Assembly (NCBI GenBank): GCA_973895155.1
Contig: OZ316895.1
Coordinates: 15,940,816 to 16,004,815 of the forward strand
Reading direction: 5' to 3'
DNA: 64,000 bases
DNA from: Marsupella aquatica
Lineage: Eukaryota > Plantae > Marchantiophyta
Part shown: piece by piece, positions 35,343 through 48,129 of the stretch
Layout: each line of letters begins with the position of its first letter
How positions within the stretch are numbered: position 1 is the first letter of the stretch
Made by a program: the position numbers and the translations under genes
The notes under the pieces: model-generated
The model's database searches: none
Told to the model about the DNA's origin: nothing
Seen by the model: only the letters and a program-made list of their open reading frames with translations

Positions 35343-37626
35343 CAGCCAACCTCAATCATGTTTCATAGTGATTCACAGCAAAGCGTAGCCCCTCAATCAC
35401 AGCCCCTGAATCGCAGCGCAGCTTTGCAACGCCTCAATCATGTTTTGCAGCGCAGCCAGCCCCCGATAGCGTGAATCGTAGCCGCCAATAGCCTGAATCA
35501 AAGCGCAGCGGAACTAGCCCCCCAAATCGTAGCGCAGTGTAGCTAGTCTCCGTGTCGCAGCGCATCCTACATTCAATCTCAACGAGGGCTTGTGCTTCCT
35601 CTGCGATGCCAAGGGGCGAAGCTCTGGCTTTTGCTTCTCGTGGCAGAAGCAGCTCGAGCTTGAACAGTGTGGACAACTCGTGGGAGGAAGGACGGAAAAA
35701 CAATGCAGACACTAAGCCAACGTTAAGTCCTCCGATCCCAGATTAAGTTCCGTTAATGAGAGACCGGTAATATGTTTTGGGTGTCAATGAAGGTCGTCGT
35801 GACACTGTAAATCCAGTGTGTCCATCCGGGTCGTATATGCAAAGGTCTGTGTCCATCGGGGCTTTAAGTTCCCAAAGTAACACTAATTGTTGTAAATTTT
35901 TCAAAATAGTTTTTTCTCTCTCTATTTTATCACTCTTAAGACCACAGTACACTAATTCATGTGCACAAAAATAGTGTTAGCACAAAATTAGTGTGACTAA
36001 GACTAATTCGCAAGTAGACCCTGAAAATGGGCGCTCTTGAATTAGTGTTAGTCACACTAATTACGGTGAACAGTGTGATACTTATTCTATCCCTTGGCTA
36101 TCCCTTTCAATCAATCCAAGAGAGTCAAAAACTGTTCTTTCATTCTTGTAAAAAGTCCATGTGGGGATCTTGGGGGATCCCTAATTGTAACTGTGTGATG
36201 AGCTTTTTATATCATTTGCATAAAATTATTATTATTTTAAAGGGTAAATTTTTGAAACCCCATCGAAAGGGAAGAGTCAGCCACAATAGTTGAGTCCAAG
36301 ACTTATCAGTCTCTACTCAAGTGAGTTAACACAAAGTCATGCCTCTCAGGGCACAAAATCAAATTTTATGCACATGCATTTAAAATAACAAATTTACAAG
36401 ACTCCTTCAATGCACTTGGGCAAGTTGTCTACAATATCTACCCAAAACCAAAGGGCTTGACCCACGTTCTGGTTTGTAGTAATTAAGGGTGTCTTTACAA
36501 GACTTAGGGCGCGCAATGGGGGTTGGGGGGTGCGACATTGTTTTGTTTGTAGTAAGTAAGGGTGTCTTCAAAAGACATAAGGGGGGCATGGTTTTCATTT
36601 AATTCATTCTAAGATTAAAGCTGGACAGTATGACGAGAAGTAGTACTTAAGGGCGTCACTCTTATAAGATTAAGGCTGGACAGTATGACCAAAAGTAGAA
36701 CTTAAGGGTGTCTTCAAAAGACCTAACGTGGGCATTGTGTTAAGAAGGAGGGCATTGTGTTTTTTAATTTAAAAATAAATAAATTAAATTTGCACTTATT
36801 CTTTGTTAACCCCATCCACTGATGGGAGAAGCAAGCAGGCCAAGGCATTGTTGTTCTTTTAATTTGCTCTAAGATTAAAACTGGACAACATGACCAGAAC
36901 TGTTGCAGTTGGCTTTCTAAGAACAGGGCCCATTTAAGTATGGTATCTGCTTATCCAATGGAGGTCCAAGTATTTTGTTTAGAATCTTAGATCACCTCTA
37001 CACTGGTCCAAACATTTTCAAACTTTGGCTCCTTCATTCAAGCCATTTGCATCTATGAAGTTCAAATTAAAGGATTTTCATAGGGAGTCTATGTTTTAGA
37101 AAGAGAAGTGCGGTTTGTCAAAAGTGCCCCCCACTCCTTGCTTCTTTCAAAGCCAGCCTAAGCTGGTGACCCCTCTATTAAAATTCCAAATACACTAGAC
37201 CCAAGGAACAAGACTTGAATTTTGGAGAACACACTGGAGAAGAGAGACACCCGCAACGTGTGCTGTCGTCGTTCACTGGAAACTCATCACAACAAATGCT
37301 CAGCAAGTTGTGGTTCAATCCTGCACTTCACTGTCTTGCAGCACTAAGTTCTCGATGGCGTCGTTTCAATTTTTCAGATTTCTCCTCCCTCTCATGCCGC
37401 CTAACCAGTTTGGTGTTGGGAGATAGGAAGTTTGGCATCAGCACCACCTTCGTTTTACATTGACATTTTCGTAGGCATGGCTTGGCTTTCTCCAGCTTGA
37501 TCGTTCATTGTCAAAAGACACTCTCCATTATTAGAGTAGAAAGGACCCTCTTTGTGACTTCACTCTCTCCTTGCATATGGATTCTTCTGCTTGATTTTTT
37601 ATCGGAGTGAAAAAGTGCACAACACA

Positions 37627-40600
37627 ATGGCCACTTCTCCGGTCCTCCAAGGCATGGCCTCGTCTATGGCCTCTGCATTGTGGAATAGTCAGCTCCCCTG
37701 TTTGTATCGTCTCCAGTCTGTCTCGTGGCGAGGGTTCCGTCGGGAAGCCACTCTTTGTACTGGAAGAAGGTACACATTGACGCGGGGGCCGCAGGACTCG
37801 GGTCGGTCGTCCTCATCCCTGCTCTGCACTCTCTCTACCAATAGTTCAAGGGTTTTGGCTGCTGCCTCGGATGTAGCGATTCAATCACCGGACCTCGCCT
37901 TCTCTGTTTCTGGAAGACGTGATCTTCCGGAATTGCAGAATCCCAATGAATGGTAATTCTCCATCACTAAACCCTAAGCACTGACTGGGTTTAGCTCGAA
38001 GGCAGGAATTGGCTCCACGCTTTATACCTTGGACTGCCCTCGTAGAATACATCTTTCTCTAAATGTATATGCTATCATGAACGTTATTTTAGAAGTTTTC
38101 TATTGAGATAAAGAAGCATCGGCGCTCTATCAAATTGCAATCCTACAGAGCTCGTTGAAGTTAAGGAGCTCCTTCAAAATCATGGACTCAATACTCGTGG
38201 ACTGTGAATTATTCTGAGAGTCACCCACACTCGGCAGTTTGTAATCGCTTTCCAGAGAGGGCCAGTAACTCACCTTGTGTAGTCTGTATTGAACTAAGCA
38301 GTGTTCTCTGTCATGTATTCCCATGCAGCACACTGACTGGGTTTAGCTCGAAGGCAGACTAAAATTCTTGTTTGAAACATCAAATTCTACATGAGAATTT
38401 TCTAAAAAGTACATTTGTGGTGATGATTTAGTGCCGTTGAATATACACGGTTGCTTCCTTGTCCACCGGGGCAACTCCCACCTCGGGTGGAGCATATGAT
38501 ACTCAAGCAAAATGGAAACGTTGTGGACGTCGTCAGCGAGGCTCTTGCTCTGCCTTCACTGTGAGTCTTGAAGCTCCTTTGTTTACTTAATTCATCCTAT
38601 GACCAACTTACCATTAAAAAATGCGTGATTTGCTGAAGATAACTCCTTTTGCAGAAGCTTTCCAGGTTAAATGTCAAGATTTTACAGTAGTGCCAAATAT
38701 GAGCAGTAGTGGAGGCTTGGTTTAAGCATTATGTTAAGTCCTCTGTGGTTCGTACTCCTAGGTATGTGGAAGATTTGGTAGATTTTGGAGCAATCCATTA
38801 TGCTCTTCTGTGTCCCGCCCCGCCTCCAACAGCCACACCAGAGCAGTTTGAACTGTACAAAAAGTTTTCTCTCCTTCAGGATCATAGCAAACGTCCTTCT
38901 CTGAAAGGAAAGACTGTACGGGAGGCACAGAAGACTTACAGGATTGTCAGGAAGGACCAGGAGCTGGAGGAAGGGACCTATGTACGAGTACATGTCCATC
39001 CAAAACGAACCCCCAGGTAATTTCTCCCTCACAAGTTCTTTGCAGGGTGCTGGCACAAACTGCGTAAGATTCGCTTCTGTTCCTACAGAGACATGTGTCA
39101 ACTGAATCTGTCAATGATGTATGGACTAACGACTTCAAATATGTGTTCGTAGATGCTATGAGGTCGATTGGAAGCCGAGGATTATTGTTGAGACCAAATC
39201 CTACGTAGTTCTTGACAAACCTGCTGGAGTCTCGGTAGGATAAGCTTATTCGTTACTCGTTTATACTGTTGCCAGGACAGAGGACTTTATGTCGGAAAGT
39301 AATTGGACTATGTATTCACGTGATATGTAAGTGTATGAATTGGTAATGCTGATGTGCTGATGCTGATACCTTAGGTTTACTGACCTGTTTAGGTTGGTGG
39401 CACGGTTGACAATCTGGAGGAAACTTGTGCAATGTTTGCTGCACGTGCCCTAGGCATGTCATTACCCTTGTTTCTCACGCATCAAATTGACACGTGCACC
39501 GAGGGGTGGTAAGTGCAAATGTTGTTGGCTAATCCTGTTGTCCAAGAAAAAATAGACTCAGGCGTTGTTAATTCTTAGCAGGCAAGTGCCTTTAGGGAGT
39601 GGAATTCATGATCGTTATTAGATAAAATTTATTTGCACATTTACACTGAAGTTTTGATACCATTAAATGCTTTCATAAGCAATGTTGTGATGATGTTGTA
39701 CGCTCCGCAGTGTTGTCCTAGCAAAGACAAAGGAGTTCTCTTCAAAATTTCACACCTTATTGCGGGTATGTTTCCTCAGTATCAGTAGTTTTTGTATCGT
39801 TCTTCTCAACTGTGATGATATTGTATCTTACCTCAACGTAATATCATTTCGAGCTCGTCAGGGGGCGTCTTCTAGGTTCTTCCTTTGGACCTAACGTATG
39901 ATTTCTCGTAATGCTGTACCAGGACAAAAAAGTTAAGAAACTTTATAGAGCTCTTTCAACTGCTCCAGTGACAGTTGGAGTGATAACTCATTTCATGAGA
40001 CATGACCGCCTTCCTCCTAGACTTGTCAGCAAAGGTTCTGTCGCTTGACCTCTCTTTTTGTTTGTTTGTTCAGTGCTTCGTGAGCTGTCATCTTGCTATC
40101 AGCTGAATATAAGCTCACTTGTACGCTGGCAATGGCTTTCAACTTCGATCCAGAAAACTGAACTGGAAGGGAGAAGATTTCAGTACGAATATCTGGCAAT
40201 GATTACTTACTTTTGTGCACATCGACTTACTCTTAGACCCGTTAATTATGCTTGCAGAGGCGCATAATGGTTGGCAAATCTGTCAAATGGAAATCCACAG
40301 CTGCAAGCAGGTGCCGTGGCCTAGTCCTTCAACCATGAGAAAGTTTGGCATCAACGATTGTGGATGGAAGATTCAGAGTCATGCATATGAGTGTACCCTG
40401 AGGCTTCTTACTGGTCGTACACATCAGGTAAGCATAATGTGGCACTAGGTCCTCAAACCGTTTTCACCGTCGTCATCATAACGTTTCCGGATCAGGAGCT
40501 CTTTAATCTTGCGCGAGAAAAGGTTTCTTTGTCTGAGCCTTAGAAGTATCGTTGACGTGATTGGAGGATTGGAAATGCCGCACAAGGAGAGCGAGATTTC

Positions 40601-41087
40601 CTTTTTTTTTTTTACAGGATTGTACCAGAATTGTCAAAAACTTGCTGCTCTTTGTGGACTTGTTTTTATTGGATCCGGACTCTGAGATTGCCGAACAACA
40701 TCTTTTCTGTTATTATTCTGACTTGTCCATGCCCAGAGGGATATCTAGTTTGATGATTTCGTCCTTTTTTGCCATGGGTGACAGGTACGGACACAGTTTG
40801 CAGCCCTGAATGCTCCATTAGTTGGGGACTCTATGTACATTCCAGCCACAATTGCTCGTCTGAAGTTTCCAGACGTCGACCCTCTGTTAGAGGCCCCCAT
40901 CAATGACGATGAAGAATCTTGGGTAGGGAACGTTAAAGATAGAAGGGGCGCTGAGGTAATGGCGAGATGGGTCGCCATGCATGGCAAGGAGCCTGATTGT
41001 GGACTGGGACTGCAGGCATCTCATATATCATGGGAAGATGATAAAGTTTATACATATCAACCAGGACTCCCTTGGTGGAGGGCCTGA
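37627..41087 (+). CDS. RluA-family RNA pseudouridine synthase, chloroplast type (like Arabidopsis RNA pseudouridine synthase 6); about 9 exons
   Basis: Ser/Arg-rich transit-peptide-like N-terminus; RVHVHPKR.PR, VVLDKPAGVSVGGTVDN, HQIDTCTEG (catalytic D), LLTGRTHQVR, PLVGDSMY; GT-AG introns. Confidence 0.9.
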
Positions 41088-42744
41088 TTTACGTCACCAC
41101 TGTGCTCTTGTGCTATTTTTTAGTGAGAGCAGTGGTTGGATTGTGTGTTATTCTACTGTGTTCCTGCAAGTCTCTTACGAATTATCCTCCCAAGAATCTG
41201 TGGATGGAACTTTGTTTAGCCATTTACAGAAACTGAGTTCACCCGTCGTGCCCAAAGAAAGTGGACAACTGAGGACGAGATTCAATGAAGAAGTACGTAC
41301 TATATTGCAGGTTGATCATCCATGCAGAACCAAGGTACACCCATCCATCTAGAACAGACTGTTTCTCGACCGTCAGGTGCACCAAACGCGCCCTCTGGCA
41401 AACAACAGTTCAACAAAAGAACTTCCGTGTGGCTGAGTAAACAAAGCTGGTCTGCACCCATTCGCCAGCTCCGTCCTTGCTCACCTGGGTAAAAAATGTG
41501 CAGATTTCATAGGCTCTGCCCTCCCTGGCCTACTACTACCCCACGATCGGCCTCCCTCTGCTCAATTGCCGGTGCTGCCGTCCTCCACCTCTCACTATCT
41601 GACTTTACATAAACATTTGTATATAATTTAATCTGCAGCATTGGATCAGGGATTTTGTTCCAGGTTGGCTTTACGTAACAGGAACGGCACAACATGAGGA
41701 ACGGCGTAACATGGTTTGGAGATTAGGGATCCTAGTTGACTTCAGAGCGGCCCTTTTATATCTTTATTTTTAAAGACTTTCAGAGGAGCCCTTGATTCTG
41801 TAACTAGCTATGTGTCATGGTTCAGAGGACAAGTTCTTACATCACCTATCCTCCTGGGTATTGGGGCTCCATTCAACCCCGGCAACAATGTAGATATGTA
41901 TCCATGTTATTGAGTGTTCTTGGGGTAACCATAGTTTGCAGCCCAACTGCGGGCAAAGACCAGTTAAGGTACTGTCCTGTACATTGAGAGCATGTTATGG
42001 GCAAGAACAGGAGCAATCAGCGAATGTAAGTGAAATCCTGGTTGAGTCAGCTGCAGGTGGACAGGCCAACCCCATTTTCCCACCTCCTAAGGCCCTGTGT
42101 GCTCTCCCCTTAATACACCACAGCTATGGAACTTCTTTTTGGAGACACCATATGCAATATCTGATTTCCCAATTGTGCTAAAGCCTCCATAAGGACCAAT
42201 GACATTTCTTTTGGGACTTGTCTCAAACTCATGTTTCAACTAAACCTTGGAAAACCCCTTTCTCTCAGGAGAGTTTTTGTTTTGGCAGACCCATAGATTT
42301 TACTTTTGAGAGCAAACACATGCACTTAAAAATTTCCCATCCATGCTTCTTTTTTGCAAAACTTGGATGGATGGACCTGCAAAGCTTAGATGGACTTGCA
42401 AAGCTTAGATGGACTTGCTTAGAACATTTAAACTGACTCAGATAATATTGTTTACACTTTAGACTGAAATGTGACCTGTAAATGGTCTCATTACTGTTTG
42501 CAGCCGGTTTCAATTACATTACCAAACCGATATCCTTGGTAGCTTGATGACTTGATGACCTTGAACCTGAAAGATGTCAAGATTTCATGTCATTACTTAT
42601 TTAGGATCACCATGACATTACTTACTTAGGATCAATAGCAATCCGCAATGGGTTTTTTTGGTTGGTGTAACAACGATGATCACTTTATGCAGTCCATGGG
42701 GATGGGCAGGGACAATGTCTCAGTTTATCCGGGCTTTGTTTCAC

Positions 42745-43255
42745 TTTTTTGCACTTATGGAAGATTTTAGTCTGATTGATAAGTGCAATAAATTGACCAA
42801 ATTGCAAGTATGAGTACTTTGCACTTATTGGAACTCCAATAAGTGCAATTATTTAGTGCACTTTGCATTTATCAGTACTCTGTGACTGCAAGTAAGTGTG
42901 CAATACAAACACACAAGTTGCACTAATCTTTAACTGCAATTTCTAAGTAATATGTACTTTCTAAGAAAGAGCAATTATCAGTCTGCCTTCATAGAATATT
43001 ATTTCTAAGCAATATGTAATTTCTAAGAAAGAGAAATTGAAGAAATTATTGCATCTTTCCAGTCTGCCTTCTTAAATAAGTAAAAATCTCATGGAAATCA
43101 GTGCACTAATCAGGTATACAAGGAAAATACCAATTTACAAGTCAAGATTTTTGTTATAAAACAATTATGGCTTTACCTGTGGTATTTCACTTATCAAGGT
43201 TGCACTTATTGAGGTACAAGGAAAAAAATCCATACTTAGATTTCTCGTGCAAAAG
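42745..43255. repeat. AT-rich element with many TTGCACTTAT/ATAAGTGCAA inverted units (MITE-like)
   Basis: Motif repeated in both orientations, plus an internal duplication of tttctaagaaagag. Confidence 0.45.
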
Positions 43256-43896
43256 GTTGGCACGGCTATGGCACCAGTTGCTTCCAATGCTACCATATCC
43301 AGCCAGAGCATGCCAATCCCCCCTCCCCTGTATCCCGGGGCTTTCCCTCACTCTTTCGTCAATGATTAATCAACCAGTCCCAAACAAATCGTTTCCTCCA
43401 ACATTCTTCTTCTCACCTCACATTTCTTGTCTCCTGTAGCTCTCGATTCAATTGCAAAGAAGATTGATCGGTTGTGTGTGTTGAATTCCGGCACTCACAG
43501 AATTCTGTAGCAATGGCTTGCACTACAGTCGCTGCGGTCATCAGCGTGGCCGCCCCGGTTGTAGCCCAGGTTGGAGAGTCGCAAGTTGTGTCCTGCCTGA
43601 GCACCATTGTCTTGGGTGCTGCTCCCAGAACCAGCTTTTTGTCCAAGTTTGTTGCCAACAAAAGCAAGGTTGTCATGAGGTACAAGGAATTGCTGTGTCT
43701 CGAATCGGAGGATACTGGAAGAATTGGCTTTGGTGAAGCTTTAGGATCGCGATGGTCAGACGGAGAGTCTAAGGAAGAGCTGCTACCGTTTGAGGAGGAA
43801 CTAGTGACACCGGTAAGATCACCGGTGCGGCGTGGAGTACTACTACCAGAGCTGTTGGTAGTGGGGAAGAAGAGGGAGATAGCTAGATTTGGAGGG

Positions 43897-46275
43897 ATGA
43901 AGTTTGAGGTGGAGAAGTACTGATTACTTGCTCTGGGAGAAGCAAGTGAAGGGTGTCCTTCAGGCCATGGGCTTAGCTCATTTGCTCTCTTCGCGAGAGC
44001 AGTATGATGGAGAGAGGAGATTTATGTGAGACAGTGGAGACAGGAGCAGGTGATTGCTGTCAATGCAGTGATGCTATATCTCAAGCCGCACATCATCAAG
44101 TAGCTGGATGATTATGGGGATTGCGCGTCACTGTTCAAGGCTCTAAGAGAGAAGTACTACCGGGAAGATGCCTCAGACCGGCTGTACAAGAAGTCTCTCT
44201 TGATGAGCCTCAGGCTCAAGGAAGGGAGCAAGATGCAGGATCACCTGGATGAGTTTGATAGTCTAGCGGTAGATCTGTCAAACCTGGGAAAAGGAGTTGA
44301 AGATGAGGATAAGGCCTTGCTTCTGCTAAGCTCCTTACCGCCATCATATCAGGGCTTGAAACAGGTGCTCTTGTATAGAGATATGAAGTCCATTTTGTCT
44401 AATGAGGTGGTGAGTTCTTTACTATCTGATGATGCTCAAAAGAAGCTGGGTCAATCACAGACAGCATCTTCTTCTGGCACTCCGCTCAATGTGAACAGGG
44501 GAAGAGCATCACAGCGCACAAATGGGCAGATTAGATTTAGATCTACATCACGGGGGAGATCTAAATCTAGAGGGAAATCGCAAGAGAGGAAGCCTTTTGC
44601 ATGTTGGAATTGTGGCAAGCCTGACCACATGAAAAGGGATTGTCGAGTAAAGATCCCTACTGCCTTTGCTAACGCGGCATCGAGCTCGCATGAGGTAGAT
44701 TTACTCGATGATGATGACATATTTGTGATGTCAAGGTTATGCTCTCAACGTAGTGTCAAATCCAGGTACTGATGACTGGATTCTAGATAGTGCATCTACT
44801 TTTCACATTTGCTCTAGGAGAGATTGTTTCAATTCTTACACGGTTTCCAAGGGGTCAGTGTTGATGGGAAATGGAATCCCATGTCAAGTTGTTGGACTTG
44901 GATCTGTAAGATTTCAGATGTTTGATGGTGCTGTGAGAATGTTGAGGAATGTAAAACATATTCCCAGCATGATGAAAAATCTCATTTCACTTGGAGTTTT
45001 AGAAGCAAATGACCATTAGTGGAGTTCTGCTAATGGTGTTCTTCAGGTTTCAACTAGTACTAAAGTTGTATTGAAGGGAAAAAGACATAACAATCTATAC
45101 GTTTTGGAGGGCAGAGTAGTCTGTGATGAAACCAATGTAACCTTATCTCATGAGGAGACGGCCCGGTTGTGGCACTTTTGTTTGGGCCACATGAGTGAAA
45201 AAGGTTTGGTTATTCTTCAGAAGAAAGGATTACTTTCTAATTTGCAATCTTGTAAGTTGGAATTTTGTGAGCACTGTGTGCTTGGGAAGCAACATAGGAA
45301 ACCCTTCGGAATTGGAGCTCACACCAGCAAGGAGGTACTTGAGTATGTACATAGTGATGTGTGGGGTCCAGCCCCTACTCCCTCACATTCTGGACGGTTA
45401 TATTATGTCACGTTCATTGACGATTACTCAAGGTATGTGTGGATATACTTTCTACACAGTAAGTCTGATGTTTTTGCCACTTTTAAGGAGTGGAAAGCCC
45501 AAGTTGAGAATCAGACTGGTAATAAGGTGAGATATCTTCGATCGGATAATGGCAGTGAATACAGTTCCGGGGAATTTGGAACGTATTGTAAGGAGTAGGG
45601 GATTACCCGCCATCTCACAACAAGTTATACTCCTCAACAGAATGGTGTTTGTGAGAGACTCAACCGAACACTATTGGACCGCTCGAGGAATATGTTGAGT
45701 CAATCATGTTTACCACATGAGTTTTGGGCTGAAGCTGTCAACACTGCAACTTATTTGGTAAATTTTTCTCCATCCAGTCCTATTGGATTCAAGACGCCAT
45801 TTGAAATGAGGTACGGGCGTCCAGCAGATTACTCACATCTGAGGATTTTTGGATGTGATGCTTATGTGCTTATACCTTCCCAGCTTCGATCCAAGCTGGA
45901 GTCCAAGTCAAAGAAGTGCATTTTCTTTGGCTATCAGAAAGGTGTGAAGGGTTATAGGTGATGGGATCCAATAACCTGTAAACTAATTGTCAGTCGAGAT
46001 GTGTCCTTTAATGAATCCAGATCATCAAAGGAGGGGGAGAGTTCTCAAGACTCCCATACTGACAAAGGGAAATCTCCCATCCCAGACCGGGTTGAGGGGG
46101 AGATTAGTCATGATGTTGTTCATGACAGGAGAGATGGAGAAGCTTCAGGCTTGGAGCTGGTTCTTGTGATGGAACAAGAGGAGCAGATTGTTGCTGGGGT
46201 ACCTCAAATTCAACCAGCAGCAGCAGCAGATCAGCCTGAGTCATCTACTAGAAGAACTTCCAGTCGTTCTACTCA
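43897..46275 (+). pseudogene. Ty1/Copia gag-protease-integrase, degenerate and truncated before RT
   Basis: KFEVEKY...LLW; EDKALLLLSSLPPSY; zinc knuckle CWNCGKPDHMKRDC; protease WILDSAST; LWH..LGHMS; CEHCVLGK; HSDVWGP, FIDDYSR, LRSDNG.EY, TPQQNG..ER; several stops. Confidence 0.93.
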
Positions 46276-46279
46276 CTCA

Positions 46280-48127
46280 TATGAAACAATCATGAAAAAA
46301 CGTCTTTTTTTGAAACTTCTCACAAAACTCAAAACTCAACACCGCCGCGTAGTCCACGAAGCTATGAGTCCAATACTGAAAGCCAAAATCAAAATCAAAA
46401 TTTGACGGAAAAGTTATTCAAATTTCGGTCGGGGTGGGTAAAACCTTGGGAAACTCCCCCGTTTTGACCACCCCGGAGAATAACCAAAATACCCAGTACA
46501 ACCCGTCTTTGAAATCGCGATGTGATCGGTGCGCCACGTAGCTAACTCCAGTGGCAACGTCCTCACCAAAAATGAACCAAAAAAGTTACCATTCGGCGGA
46601 TGGAATCTTTGTCGGACGGTCAAAAAACAACTCTCTGTTTTTTGGGAATATTCCCGCATAGTTTGACAGGTCTCACAGGGGGCCGTTCCCCCTGTCGGAG
46701 CGATTAAAACGGAGGGCGGCAGGTCTTGTTTCCAAGTAAAACAAGAAAGAGGGAAAAAAGGTTTAAAATGGGCCCTAAAGGGAGTCCATAGCCCCTTATG
46801 AGCCAAAAATACCCCATATGGGCCGGGGGTACAAAGGGCGTAACACCGGGGGAGAATACGGGCGGCCGCGTACGGGGAAAAAATGAAGAGGGAGGGGCGA
46901 CGGGCGAAAGGTCCCGTTCACGAGCGGAAAGGCAAGGCTGGCTGGGCTCAGCGGGACTATAGAGGGGCGGGGCGCCGTGGTAAAAGAGGAGGACCGGGCC
47001 GAGGGAACCGCCGCACGGCAAGGCAGGAAAAAAGGGCGGGACACACAAAAAATCAGTCTAAAGTAACCTTTAAAAGCAAAGCTGATTTAACCACCAATAA
47101 GGCCGTGTAATAAACCTAAATGCCGCTTAGCTAGAGAAAGTGAAGTGCACTGACATGAAAAGTTGCCGAATTGAGTCGACGCCGTCTACAAGCTCAGCAG
47201 AGTCAAAAATTTCCGTCGTGTCGCCTTCACTCCGCGTCAAGTGCCATTCTCGGGCTCAGAACGACCGCCTTGCCGCGATCAAACCGTTCAGCCATAGCAC
47301 TTCGCGTTTCTTCCACCAAGTCGGACGTCACGAAGAGAAACCCGGTTCAAATGAGAACAAGCTCCATAGCTTGTGAAAAAATCTGAACGCCTCTGTCACT
47401 CGTCACGTCACACTCGATAACAACTCGGCAGCAACTCAGCTACCGAAACGATCAGCACGCTTCAACCTTCAACTTGAGCTATAATGTGCGATCCCCTGAT
47501 CACCGCAAAGCTCACACCGGTGAAAAATGCAAACTCTGGTCTCTCCCGTGAAATACTGTCGAACACGAATAAACCCTGAACGACGCTAACTTCAATTCCT
47601 CCGCACCACGGATACCAATCAGCGAGTTCTAACCACTGTTAGAAAGCCCTCTCACTAACCTATCCGCTCAGCCACACACATTCGAGTTTCATGCGATGAA
47701 ACTCTGAATGTGCCACCGACAATGAACGCTGGAAAAACCTGTCACGAAAAAACCTCGTCACCTCCCAGACATGCTCTGATACCACTTGAGCATAGAGGAC
47801 ATTCGTAACGGCAAGCCCATGAACCATCCAACGCACAATAGTCGACACAGAGAGATACGTGGTTCACCTCCACATGAGGCTACGTCCACGGGAACACACA
47901 AGAGCTTTACTGCACTCTAGGCCGACCGGCCATACCAAGCATCCACAGCACAAGCTCTCCCTATCTCTCAACTAGCTCCGTAACAATGAGCCTAAGTTCC
48001 ACCAGGGTCTAGCATCAGCCCTGGCTATATACACAACAGCACTACGGCTAACAATAGCTAAGTCCTAACCCGAGTCAGCCTAACTGTAATTAGCTCATGA
48101 GTCACAAGACTAGAGCAATATCTAACA
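46280..48127 (-). mobile_element. 5' part of a second LTR retrotransposon: LTR 47786-48127, PBS and about 1.5-kb non-coding leader
   Basis: LTR homologous to the solo LTR at 10396-10738; tRNA-iMet PBS TGGTATCAGAGC on the minus strand at 47773-47784. Confidence 0.85.
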
Positions 48128-48129
48128 GA

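Larger units (their letters stand above)
12425..35871 (-). mobile_element. Mutator-like element (MULE/MuDR), about 4.4 kb of its own sequence, interrupted by the CACTA
   Basis: About 50-bp TIRs (aacttaaagccccgatggacaca.acctttgcata.acg...ggatggaca); 10-bp TSD CCAAAGTAAC at 12415-12424 and 35872-35881; MuDR transposase fragments inside. Confidence 0.88.
12167..36075. mobile_element. Small TIR element (about 460 bp of its own sequence: 12167-12424 plus 35872-36075) split by the Mutator insertion
   Basis: Inverted ends cattgttcactataattagtg and cactaattacggtgaacagtg; AATTAGTGTTA repeats on both sides of the Mutator TSD. Confidence 0.55.

Noticed and set aside
46414-47386. Several Pro/Arg/Gly-rich ORFs
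   Set aside because: They lie in the GC-rich retrotransposon leader, are open on both strands and show no domain signature.
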